Assembly: GCA_050749105.1 (NCBI GenBank) | Contig: JBOGQT010000042.1 | Coordinates: forward strand, 967 to 64,966 | DNA: 64,000 bases | Direction: 5' to 3' | DNA from: Nitrosotalea sp. | GTDB lineage: Archaea > Thermoproteota > Nitrososphaeria > Nitrososphaerales > Nitrosopumilaceae | Shown: positions 27,414-35,960 of the stretch, in pieces | How positions within the stretch are numbered: the stretch's first letter is position 1 | Layout of the letters: each line of letters starts with the position of its first letter | Translations under genes and position numbers: made by a program | Notes under the pieces: model-generated | The model's input: the letters and a program-made list of their open reading frames with translations, nothing else | Told to the model about the DNA's origin: nothing | The model's database searches: none

Positions 27414-27668
27414 TTGTTAATACAACGCAAGTTGACACAATTCGAGTACAAGATTTTATGTAGTGATCAACATACCTGTGGTCAAGTAATGCAGGGAATG
27501 AAAGACATGAATTTCAAAAACGTGAAAAGAACCCCAAAAGCATCGACAGGAGATCATTCTGCAATAATTAATCTATCAAATGCGGATGAAGCCTTCAAAC
27601 AAGCTAAAAAACTATTTGCTGAATTCGATAACAAGATACTGGATATTCAAGTATCTCCGAAGAAATAA
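27414..27668 (+). CDS. hypothetical protein (transposon cargo)
   Basis: 84-aa ORF between transposase 2 and the right terminal repeat. Confidence 0.3.
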   Translation: MLIQRKLTQFEYKILCSDQHTCGQVMQGMKDMNFKNVKRTPKASTGDHSAIINLSNADEAFKQAKKLFAEFDNKILDIQVSPKK

Positions 27669-27924
27669 CGAGGCATATTACCGTGGGGAGGCATACTAAT
27701 CTATATGTAGTAGCCTCTATGGCGAATTCACCAGAAGCAATCAGAGCATCTCTTTCATCATCTCTTGGTGTTAAACTACCGATACCTATGATCAGAATGC
27801 ATGATTGTGTCAATCCAGTATTCTGGTGGAGTTTGACTATACCAAACAAAACTAAATTTCTAAAAAAATTAAGAATTTATCAACGTGCTAACAGGAATTT
27901 GAAAGTATTTTTGATGGACTAACT

Positions 27925-27975
27925 CATCAACCGAAAGTTTACAGTCAATTTATCAACCGCAGACTTGACAGAACC
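27925..27975. repeat. IS terminal repeat, type B (right end of the composite element)
   Basis: CTCATCAACCGAAAGTTTACAG...ACTTGACAGAACC. Its reverse complement aligns with 27984-28040 and 31190-31245. Confidence 0.6.
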
Positions 27976-27983
27976 CGTTTAGT
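27976..27983. repeat. 8-bp direct repeat CGTTTAGT (right)
   Basis: Identical to 23367-23374. Its reverse complement ACTAAACG recurs at 29490-29497 next to another IS end. Confidence 0.7.
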
Positions 27984-28040
27984 GGAACTGTTACGTTCTC
28001 GGTTGTTTCTTTTTACTGTTAATTTCGGTTGGTAAATCAA
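27984..28040. repeat. IS terminal repeat, type B, end of the minus-strand truncated copy
   Basis: GGAACTGTTACGTTCTCGGTTGTTTCTTTTTACTGTTAATTTCGGTTGG. Confidence 0.55.
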
Positions 28041-28073
28041 GGTTTATTAGAAAAACCCCAAACTGTGGTTTAG

Positions 28074-28562
28074 ATGAATTATCAGAATACTGTAATAGCT
28101 TTGATAACTTTGGCAGTCGCCGTTTCCACACTTGTATCTATGTGGTACATACGCTTTCAGGAGAAAAGACGCATGCTTAGAAATGAGTATTATCAACACG
28201 TAAAAGATCTTATAAAATCAGTTTATGATAGTACTGATCAACATACAGGGCAACCTAGAAAAGACGATGATTTTGGAAAATCAGTAGAGGATCATCAATT
28301 AAAAGAAAACATATTACAGCATTTTTTCTCTTATCAAGAAACTGATCATGTTAAAATCTTTGATCTTTATTTAGAACGTATCAAGTTAAACCATGGCACT
28401 AGAACAGAATTTAGCCATATTTTCCATAGATATTTTTCTGAAATAAACACGACAAGTAATTCTGAATTTGGAGTTTGTAAGGGATGTATTGATAAATTTG
28501 GATTTTTTGACGGGAAGAAAAAATACCGAAAAATATTAGATTCATTTCCTAAAGATACTTGA
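28074..28562 (+). CDS. hypothetical membrane-anchored protein
   Basis: 162 aa, N-terminal TM segment VIALITLAVAVSTLVSMWYI. Confidence 0.35.
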   Translation: MNYQNTVIALITLAVAVSTLVSMWYIRFQEKRRMLRNEYYQHVKDLIKSVYDSTDQHTGQPRKDDDFGKSVEDHQLKENILQHFFSYQETDHVKIFDLYLERIKLNHGTRTEFSHIFHRYFSEINTTSNSEFGVCKGCIDKFGFFDGKKKYRKILDSFPKDT

Positions 28563-28983
28563 ATTTTGTATCAATGTAACCCACTTGTTATCTCCTTGAA
28601 TCTCTATTCCTGCCCTATCTGCTGGCGTATCTCCCTCTAGTGCCATGTGAGGTCGTACGTAATTATGATACAACTGGTAGCCTTTCAATAATGGAGAATC
28701 TTTCTTTTTCAATCCCCTTACTACCTTCTCACGATCTCGTATTTCTCCATTCAATCTCTCCATTTTATTATTGTTCATGTCGCCTCTTAGGTGAATGTGA
28801 TTGATGTGCAAAGTACGCTTAGTTCTATCAATCTCCCAAAACTCTTTCTTGTAAGCATCGTGATACGATGGTAATCCATCAGTGATTATCACTTTTGGCT
28901 TTATTCCTGCTACCTCTTTTCCCTTCTTGAATAAGCTACTTGCATCATGACCTTCTTTTCTGTCTGCTACTTCTTTTGCTATC
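28542..28983 (-). pseudogene. 5'-truncated IS6-family transposase (copy 3)
   Basis: Encodes IAKEVADRKEGHDASSLFKKGKEVAGIKPKVIITDGLPSY...NNKMERLNGEIRDRE...YHNYVRPH. Homology stops at an in-frame TAG near 28985. Confidence 0.8.
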
Positions 28984-29156
28984 TAATATTTTTCCCAGAA
29001 ATCATAATCTTTCCTAATCTTTTCTGAAATGAGCCGAAATTTTGCAAGAAGAAGATCCGAAAAATGTGCCGACAACTAGACAGCGTCTTTTTTAGTATTT
29101 TAGAGGTATGCTATTCTTATCCATATAGTTATAAAATAAAAGCACTAAATCTTTTC

Positions 29157-29393
29157 ATGGCAGAATGGGAAAAAGCCATAGCAGATGTAAAGTTAGAACC
29201 TGGTCATTGGCAAGCACCCGATCCACGTATTAGTGGGCATAAATGGCAGGCAATTAATGAACAATCTGAAATGAGAGTACATACTACAAATGGAAGATTA
29301 GTTAAATTAAAATTCTTCAAGGGGTCAATAGTTCAAATACTTTCAAAAAAAATAAGATACAATCCTACTGACGTTATAGAAGGAACATTATAA
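29157..29393 (+). CDS. hypothetical protein
   Basis: Likely start MAEWEKAIADV, within ORF 29064-29393. Confidence 0.3.
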   Translation: MAEWEKAIADVKLEPGHWQAPDPRISGHKWQAINEQSEMRVHTTNGRLVKLKFFKGSIVQILSKKIRYNPTDVIEGTL

Positions 29394-29497
29394 CCCGTAA
29401 CTTTACACCCATTTTCTGACATCCAAAAACCAACCGTTTCTTTACAGTCTGTTTTGGTTGACAGTTTCAACCTCTAACTAGCCAGTGTAACTAAACG

Positions 29498-29563
29498 AGT
29501 TCTATATAGTTGACGGGAGATAAGATGATTTTTTTCTTCGTGTCAAAGGTCGTGACATATTAT
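29498..29563. repeat. degenerate IS terminal repeat
   Basis: AGTTCTATATAGTTGAC...TTTTTTTCTTCGTGTCAAAGGTCGTGAC aligns with the type A end. It is preceded by ACTAAACG. Confidence 0.55.
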
Positions 29564-29787
29564 TCATAAACAGGAGAATGGCCTTGTTGTGACTTGGGAC
29601 TTCTACTATTGAACTTGTAATGTGTCTTTGAATCCTTTAATGTTTTCTTAGTAAATTTATTGATTTTTTTATCCTTTTTCTTTTGTGGTTTTTTTGACTC
29701 TATTTGAGAAATAACAATATCAATAAAAGTATAGTTCACACTGTTTGGCTTTACTATCTTTGCTTGGTTTTTCTTTTTTGGTTTCAT
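29560..29787 (-). CDS. small Lys-rich hypothetical protein
   Basis: 75-aa ORF; weak. Confidence 0.25.
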   Translation of the reverse strand: MKPKKKNQAKIVKPNSVNYTFIDIVISQIESKKPQKKKDKKINKFTKKTLKDSKTHYKFNSRSPKSQQGHSPVYE

Positions 29788-29933
29788 TTTTTCTCAATAT
29801 CCACGCATGAGTTATTTGGTAAAATGACAATTTGTAAAAACTACAATCAAAATTAGTGTCACAATACTTTAACAACGAGGTTTTTGTTTATGGCAAATAA
29901 CTTGGTGTAGACGCTGAATGGTATAATTTTTTT

Positions 29934-30000
29934 GGTTCTGTCAACTTGAGAGCACATCTGTTGATTTTTCTTCATGTCAACTGTAGGCTCATGGAATTAA
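29934..30000. repeat. IS terminal repeat, type A (solo end)
   Basis: GGTTCTGTCAACTTGAGAGCACATCTGTTGATTTTTCTTCATGTCAACTGTAGGCTCATGG is close to the reverse complement of 25755-25815. Confidence 0.75.
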
Positions 30001-30044
30001 ATCTCCAAAATGATAATCTTCGTAACCATCCAGTATTATGGCCA

Positions 30045-30251
30045 TCAGACATTTTTGTAAAGCCTCCACATATAATGTAAGGTTGCGATAATTGCAGTAA
30101 CTGACAATATTATAATAATCTTAAATTCCCATTGTTGACCGAATGTATTTGAAACATTTGATCCAAATGCTCCAACATAGTGTAATGATACTATGAATGA
30201 TGTAACGGATAGAATTATTATACTTTTGAGTTCCCATTTTCTACTAATCAT
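30045..30251 (-). CDS. small two-TM protein with internal duplication
   Basis: KWELKSIIILSVTSFIVSLHYVG and QWEFKIIIILSVTAIIATLHYMW are tandem halves. Confidence 0.4.
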   Translation of the reverse strand: MISRKWELKSIIILSVTSFIVSLHYVGAFGSNVSNTFGQQWEFKIIIILSVTAIIATLHYMWRLYKNV

Positions 30252-30409
30252 GCCAATGTCCTCTCAGACTTGTCACCAAGAGTCATGGTAGTGAAGTCCT
30301 TTCATCTAATAGTATTTGTATGATTTTTGTTTGTAAACTTGAAATCATTAGAAGTTGACCTACTGCTAGATTCTTTTCTGTTTCAGTCGGAGTTACAATA
30401 TACTTTGTC

Positions 30410-30432
30410 GGTACTGTCAACTTAATGGCTCA
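30410..30432. repeat. short IS end remnant
   Basis: GGTACTGTCAACTTAATGGCTCA. A further fragment lies at about 30350-30392. Confidence 0.45.
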
Positions 30433-30678
30433 TTGTGTGGTATTCATTACGTTATATTTTCGGAGACAAAATAGAATGTTGATCAGTATCACCACTCCAA
30501 ACATAACAAAGATCAATGGAATAGCTATCGTTAATTGATCTTGTGTTGCCGTATTCTTCTGTATAACGAGGTAGGAAATTATTGAGTAGATGAACGTAAT
30601 AATAACAACTCTTGTAATGAGTGCCTTAGTGATGCCTGCAGAGAACATGCCTACCACAAAGAACAGATGTAGTTTCAA
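30430..30678 (-). CDS. small multi-TM hypothetical protein
   Basis: 82 aa, mostly hydrophobic. Confidence 0.35.
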   Translation of the reverse strand: MKLHLFFVVGMFSAGITKALITRVVIITFIYSIISYLVIQKNTATQDQLTIAIPLIFVMFGVVILINILFCLRKYNVMNTTQ

Positions 30679-30724
30679 GTTTATGAATATATCCCATAAT
30701 CATTCGTCTGTTTTCATCTGTCTG

Positions 30725-30795
30725 GCTTTTTGTCCATTTTGTTTTTATTCCTTTGTCCTTGCAACTTGATTTGCTTGACATTGACTGGTCTAGGA
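30725..30795 (-). pseudogene. internal fragment of IS6-family transposase
   Basis: The reverse complement aligns with copy 1 25491-25560 (region HIKQIRLQGQRNNNKME), roughly three quarters identical by eye. Confidence 0.6.
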
Positions 30796-30825
30796 TTTTT
30801 TAATAAGAAAACATGGCCATTGCGA

Positions 30826-31044
30826 TTAACGGCCTAGCCTACCACTTGTCATTATCTTAACCGCATACCACATCATCACTATGAAAGTGATTGCTACTGA
30901 CATGCTGATAAAAAGTCCATATTTAGAAAGCAAATCTGTATGGGATATTTTATCTGAGTAACCTAATGCAAGTAAAACAATAGCACTAGTAATGAAAACA
31001 GCAAGATCTATTGTAAGAAGAATTTTCCTTGTCTGTTTTCGCAT
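30826..31044 (-). CDS. small two-TM hypothetical protein
   Basis: 72-aa ORF with two hydrophobic segments. Confidence 0.35.
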   Translation of the reverse strand: MRKQTRKILLTIDLAVFITSAIVLLALGYSDKISHTDLLSKYGLFISMSVAITFIVMMWYAVKIMTSGRLGR

Positions 31045-31084
31045 TAACCTTTATTCTTTACTTGTGTTTTGAATTAAGGTAATC

Positions 31085-31183
31085 CATTTATGTTCACCTT
31101 CAATCTTAATTCCACAAGCTTCACTTGGAATCTTCCATCTAAAACCATATGTGGCCTAATGTAATTTTTGGTATAGTTGGATC
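31085..31183 (-). pseudogene. C-terminal fragment of IS6-family transposase
   Basis: The reverse complement matches the YHNYIRPHM...GKTPSEACG.KIEG coding region of copies 1 and 2. Confidence 0.6.
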
Positions 31184-31189
31184 TAGTCA

Positions 31190-31245
31190 GGAACTGTTAC
31201 CTGTAGGTTGTTTGTTTTGACTGAATTTTCGTTGCTGGATTACAA
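31190..31245. repeat. IS terminal repeat, type B
   Basis: GGAACTGTTACCTGTAGGTTGTTTGTTTTGACTGAATTTTCGTTGCTGG aligns with 27984-28040. Confidence 0.55.
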
Positions 31246-31294
31246 GTTACACTAGACATTAGCTCCGTTCAGTTTTAGGATCTGTTAGTTGAAG

Positions 31295-31558
31295 TTAGGG
31301 GATCGTATGATATTGGCGTTCTGCTACTCCCCATGCCATGGCAAAAGCAACTATGCTTGCCACCAAAACGCCTCCAATCAATTGTGCTGTATTTAGTGGA
31401 GTGCACCCAATGTATCCGTAAGCTTGCTCTCCACATGATGATGGTTGTTGTGCATAGGCCAAGTTGTTACCTGCCATAGCAACTATGCCTATTGTCATAA
31501 TGACTCCAGTCAGTTTTGCTGCACCTAGGTTAACCATGTTATAAATAGGACATCGCAA
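31295..31558 (-). CDS. small membrane protein with Cys pair
   Basis: 87 aa, two hydrophobic segments flanking QQPSSCGEQAYGYIGC. Confidence 0.35.
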   Translation of the reverse strand: MRCPIYNMVNLGAAKLTGVIMTIGIVAMAGNNLAYAQQPSSCGEQAYGYIGCTPLNTAQLIGGVLVASIVAFAMAWGVAERQYHTIP

Positions 31559-31649
31559 TATTTACGCTAGCTGGAACTCTACTAACATTCGGTATGTGCT
31601 AACCATTTGTTGTCACCTTCTAACCTGTGTAAAGTAACCTTGATACGCC

Positions 31650-31937
31650 CTAACTTTCCATGACCTTGAAAAAACTTACCATGTCTTCTTCATCAATTAA
31701 TTCATCCAAATGGGCTTTTACTTCGCTTATGATTGCATCATAATCTTTTGAATAAACCTCTTTGAGTACGGATTTTAGATATTCCGGGTGTTCATGGCAT
31801 TCCCTGATTGTCATGTTGTAAAGAGAATCCAGTTTGGCTACTAGCAAATTATATTTCGTATTTCCCATGCTCATCAGGACAACTTCTAAGGATGATACTA
31901 GAGCGATTTTATGCTGTTCAGCATAATACCCCATCAC
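31650..31937 (-). CDS. hypothetical protein
   Basis: 95-aa helical-looking ORF. Confidence 0.4.
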   Translation of the reverse strand: MMGYYAEQHKIALVSSLEVVLMSMGNTKYNLLVAKLDSLYNMTIRECHEHPEYLKSVLKEVYSKDYDAIISEVKAHLDELIDEEDMVSFFKVMES

Positions 31938-32052
31938 AGTTCAATATCCCCCATGGTTTTAACCATTTCCGAAATTGGAAAAATTAACGACGTTTACTTG
32001 CATTTTGGATAACTATATCAAATTACTAAACTAGAGTACGGTACTGGTTTTC

Positions 32053-32586
32053 TTATAGTCCTTGCAATCTTCTTTTCCTTTTTTCTTTTAGTATCATCCA
32101 TCCACATCCAATGCTTACAGCTCCACAAACAAGTGATGATAAAGCCAGCCTCAGTATAGTATTTGCTCCTGCCTTATGAATAACAAACAGGTTATAGCTT
32201 ACAACCTCGTTTTGGTTATCTAAAATATTCAGAGTATAGCTTCCTGGTTGGACTTGCCACACAGTAGAATCTGTCGTATCTATTCCGTTTAGAACCAGTG
32301 GATCAGTAACAGTTGTTGCACAATCTGTATTATCACTATCGTCTTCCGGACACAAGGTGGCAGTTGGATTTCCCTGAGTAACTTGGAATTTTACTAGTTT
32401 GTCATTTTGAGCAACATCCACAGTCAAGAAAGAATTTTGTGGTCCAGTTGCGGCATTTGTAAAGTTTAGAGTGTCAGAGACAACTGGCTCTTCCTCCAGT
32501 CCTGCAATTCTGACAAGACCATATCCAAACCACATGAGAAGACATATACTAATTATTTCCACAATGACGTAAACTCTAAAGCCCAA
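32053..32586 (-). CDS. membrane-anchored extracellular protein
   Basis: N-terminal and C-terminal TM segments, basic tail KEKRKRRLQGL. Confidence 0.4.
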   Translation of the reverse strand: MGFRVYVIVEIISICLLMWFGYGLVRIAGLEEEPVVSDTLNFTNAATGPQNSFLTVDVAQNDKLVKFQVTQGNPTATLCPEDDSDNTDCATTVTDPLVLNGIDTTDSTVWQVQPGSYTLNILDNQNEVVSYNLFVIHKAGANTILRLALSSLVCGAVSIGCGWMILKEKRKRRLQGL

Positions 32587-32774
32587 AACAAGTTCTCCTT
32601 TCGCACCTACATCGAGCGATAGATTTTTTCATACAATAACATAACAATGGCATGCTTTTTAGCATTTTTTCTTGCACGAAAATGTTCAACTAATTCATCA
32701 TTGGGTCAGATGCCTGTTACATGTATAGTTTGGTGTACCTGATTGCAATTTAATGCAATCAAAAGTTAATTTTC

Positions 32775-33041
32775 TTATGTTATGCTAGCTGGCTTTAATT
32801 CCACGTCATCACGATTATAGAATATCTTTTCAGGTGTTATTGTAACAGTACAGTTTCGCTTGAATTTCATCTCTCTTCCATTTCCTACCGTATCTTTGAA
32901 AAGAATTCGTGGTTCTTTAGTGACATCAACAGAATATTGTTTTCCTTGTTTGGTTGTCTTGGGTTCTTGACAGTCTTTTACATCAATTAATTTGGAACAC
33001 CCTATAGAATTTGATTCTGTTATCGACATGCAGATTCCCAA
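32775..33041 (-). CDS. hypothetical protein
   Basis: 88-aa ORF. Confidence 0.3.
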   Translation of the reverse strand: MGICMSITESNSIGCSKLIDVKDCQEPKTTKQGKQYSVDVTKEPRILFKDTVGNGREMKFKRNCTVTITPEKIFYNRDDVELKPASIT

Positions 33042-33123
33042 CTCATAACTATAAAAAAAGATTCTGTTATCATTAATTTTGATTGTTTCCCGTAAAACAT
33101 GGCTAGAAAATACGAACCTAAGG

Positions 33124-33303
33124 CTACTTTCTTCTTCTTTGGCCTGGTTTGTTTTGTCCAGGGAATCTTTTTAGTATGAATCTCTTTCTAAAATTATCAC
33201 GATTTCTTGTAATGCCAATTTCCCCATGTCGTTCTCTTGCTGGAACCTTTGGAGTTTGGCCTCTAACTTTACCTGCTTTAGTAAGCGAACCGTGAGTTGG
33301 CAC
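33124..33303 (-). CDS. rps30e: 30S ribosomal protein S30e (missed by the ORF track, 59 aa)
   Basis: GTG start. Translation is MPTHGSLTKAGKVRGQTPKVPARERHGEIGITRNRDNFRKRFILKRFPGQNKPGQRRRK; HGSLTKAGKVR.QTPKV is the S30e signature. Confidence 0.8.
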   Translation of the reverse strand: MPTHGSLTKAGKVRGQTPKVPARERHGEIGITRNRDNFRKRFILKRFPGQNKPGQRRRK

Positions 33304-33349
33304 GAAGTAGTTCGTCTATTAATGCAATTTATGTATTTGGTTTGCCCGA

Positions 33350-35074
33350 CTACCAGTACTTTGCCTTTATTGTCTCAATGACACGTTCGTGTTCTCCGCC
33401 TTTTTTCCTTGCAAATTTTTCCATTGCGTTTAGTGGTACTCCACCCAAGGTTTTTGCAATAGTAGTAAACATCTTTTTCCTAAGTGGACTATTCTGTCCT
33501 GTTTTACTCATGAATTTCTGAATTCCATACTTGAAGTTGTGCTGCCATGTCTTGTACATGACACCTAGCTGAGCCGCAGTCATCTCATTGCCAATATCGA
33601 AAAATTCTGATTTTTCAAGCAATCCAATTGGAACAAAAGTCAATGGTGTTGTCGTAAACATTGATTCTGGTTGTTCTCTTTCCAATTCATTTATCAGACG
33701 TATGGTATCCCATGCGTCCTCTTCAGTCTCTGCATTATCTAATCCCATGATTAGTGTAAACGCAGGTATCCAGTGATACTCGTTTAGTGTTTTGACGCCT
33801 TCCTTTACAACCCAGTGCCATTCTTCTGGCTTGTATGGAGATAATTTTCTGTCAGCATATTTTCCTATCAGTCTGAGGCTTCCGGTCTCAAAGCCGCATT
33901 GGATTCCAATCAAGTTAGTAGGGCTCGAACGAATAATTTTTGAAATGTTTGGAACTAATTTTTCATCAGCTATAGCACCTGCAAGAGTTCCGTGAGTAGG
34001 ATTGGTGTGTACAATACCAGTTGACATTACTGCTGTAAAGAGTTCTTCTAGTGCTTCCCTGTTTGGCGCCATGTTCTTTGTCTTTCTTGGATCAAGACCA
34101 TACACAAAGATATCATCGCTATGCAGCCAAGCATTTCGTTGTCCTCCTTTTTTTATGTTGATTTCGATCTCTCGCTTTACTTTCTCTGGTGGATAGTACC
34201 TGAGTGGTCGTAAAGTAACATCGCAAAACTTACATCCTCTTCCACACCCACGCATGACCTCAACCATTCCGTGCATGCTAGGCTCTACAATATCAGGAAT
34301 ATCATCAATTTCTGGCTCATCCCAGTAATGGATGAATCTTCCGTGGAATTTGTTTTCATCTTTTCCAAATTCTTTTATGTCAACCTTGAAATCGCTTTTA
34401 ACAAATGGATTCATGTTATCAAATTCGTTGCCGATTAGTTTGTCAAAGAAAAGACCAGCGTGACCATCAATTTCTGGAGCAATACCACCAAGTTCTCCTT
34501 CCAGTACAGCATACAGACCATATTCCTGAATTTTCTGTGGGTCGTAATTATATTGCCAAGTTCCAGATGCGCCAACAACTACCTTGGCATGGCTTCCATT
34601 CTTTTTCTTTGCTTCATTAATTTTCTTGTGTAAATCTGCATTGTAATACTCATCATATGATATCTGCTTTCTGCCATAGGTAAATGTCATTGTTACAGGA
34701 CCCATTCCAAGTGGATCCATCTCATATGTACCAACCACCTCGGTTTCAGGACCGATGAATTTGTCAATGTGATCCGGATGAGCAATTACCACATCCTCTC
34801 GTTTGTAGCCATCTCTCAAAAGTGCCGCTTCTACCTTTCTGAGCCCATAAGGAGCATAGTTGGCAATCCCATTGGTATGAGATATTGGATTACAAATAAA
34901 ATCGAAAAGTATCTTGGGAGTTACTTGCTTTCCCAAAAGATAATACCACATGCTGTTTTTTGGCCTGTGCGGGTCAATTGCAGGAGCACATCCAAAGAAG
35001 GTGGCCAAAGATATCCCACGATAGGGCGACATTAGTGTACGATCTGCACTCAATACAACTTTAGGATGAGCCAA
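33350..35074 (-). CDS. radical SAM protein (large, function unassigned)
   Basis: CX3CX2C cluster motif in MRGCGRGCKFCDV; 574 aa. Confidence 0.75.
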   Translation of the reverse strand: MAHPKVVLSADRTLMSPYRGISLATFFGCAPAIDPHRPKNSMWYYLLGKQVTPKILFDFICNPISHTNGIANYAPYGLRKVEAALLRDGYKREDVVIAHPDHIDKFIGPETEVVGTYEMDPLGMGPVTMTFTYGRKQISYDEYYNADLHKKINEAKKKNGSHAKVVVGASGTWQYNYDPQKIQEYGLYAVLEGELGGIAPEIDGHAGLFFDKLIGNEFDNMNPFVKSDFKVDIKEFGKDENKFHGRFIHYWDEPEIDDIPDIVEPSMHGMVEVMRGCGRGCKFCDVTLRPLRYYPPEKVKREIEINIKKGGQRNAWLHSDDIFVYGLDPRKTKNMAPNREALEELFTAVMSTGIVHTNPTHGTLAGAIADEKLVPNISKIIRSSPTNLIGIQCGFETGSLRLIGKYADRKLSPYKPEEWHWVVKEGVKTLNEYHWIPAFTLIMGLDNAETEEDAWDTIRLINELEREQPESMFTTTPLTFVPIGLLEKSEFFDIGNEMTAAQLGVMYKTWQHNFKYGIQKFMSKTGQNSPLRKKMFTTIAKTLGGVPLNAMEKFARKKGGEHERVIETIKAKYW

Positions 35075-35129
35075 TTTTCAATCTCAATGAATTCATATAG
35101 CATTTTAAAGTTTCCTGTATTTTCAAGAG

Positions 35130-35960
35130 CTAATAATTCTCTAGTATGCCTGATTTGCTTCTGTGGGTATATCCAAATTCCTTGTTTGCAAGCAAATACT
35201 GACCATCAAATACTGTACCATCTTTGCATGTCAAGGCATCACCAAAACAACAACTTCCGCAAAGCCCCATTCCGCACTTCATCATCCGTTCAATACTGGC
35301 TTGAACATGGATATTTTTTTCAACAGCAAGTTGTACCACTTTGTGCATCATTTTTTCAGGTCCGCAAGTATAAACTGCATCAAAGGTATTTTCCCTAAGC
35401 AGTCGTTGCATTGCATCAGTTACAAGTCCTGATTCCCCATAAGTTCCATCTTCAGTTACCGCTAAAACTTTGTGTTTGTTTTTCTCTAGGAGTTTATTTG
35501 CAAGCCCCTCAAAGAAAACCTCCTGTTTTGTTTTAGCACCCATTACCACGGTTACGTCATCAGTCATTTTCAGAAATGTTACAAGCCTCATTAGAGGAAC
35601 AAGACCTGTCCCTCCGCCCACCAGCAACAATTTTCCTTGCTTTATGGCAAAGGAATTTCCGTATGGTCCTCTAACTCCAATTTTATCGCCAACTTTCACA
35701 GAGTAAAGGGCAGTTGATGCCAAACCATGTTTTCTAACTGTGAAAGCTGCCTTTTCCCTTTCTTGCGATATCATTATACTCATTGGGAGCTCGTTTACCC
35801 CTGGAATCCAGACCATTGCAAACTGCCCAGGCAGTACTTTTGATAGCAGATCATCAGAGAAAACTAGAGTGCGTACAGTCGGGGTTTCGTCAATTATTTT
35901 TTCAATTGTCACTATTTTTGAAGTGTCAATGTTTCTTTGCAATTCCAACCATATCACCAA
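35130..35960 (-). CDS. pyrK: dihydroorotate dehydrogenase electron-transfer subunit
   Basis: FNR-like fold (FTVRKHG, GGGTGLVP) and a C-terminal 2Fe-2S motif CGMGLCGSCC. Overlaps pyrD. Confidence 0.85.
   Translation of the reverse strand: MVIWLELQRNIDTSKIVTIEKIIDETPTVRTLVFSDDLLSKVLPGQFAMVWIPGVNELPMSIMISQEREKAAFTVRKHGLASTALYSVKVGDKIGVRGPYGNSFAIKQGKLLLVGGGTGLVPLMRLVTFLKMTDDVTVVMGAKTKQEVFFEGLANKLLEKNKHKVLAVTEDGTYGESGLVTDAMQRLLRENTFDAVYTCGPEKMMHKVVQLAVEKNIHVQASIERMMKCGMGLCGSCCFGDALTCKDGTVFDGQYLLANKEFGYTHRSKSGILENY

Larger units (their letters stand above)
23375..27975 (+). mobile_element. IS6-like composite transposon (two directly oriented SWIM+DDE transposase genes, regulators and cargo ORFs)
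   Basis: Termini are GGTTCTGTAAACTT (23375-) and the reverse complement of AGACTTGACAGAACC (-27975). They are flanked by 8-bp direct repeats, the TSD length typical of the IS6 family. Confidence 0.7.
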
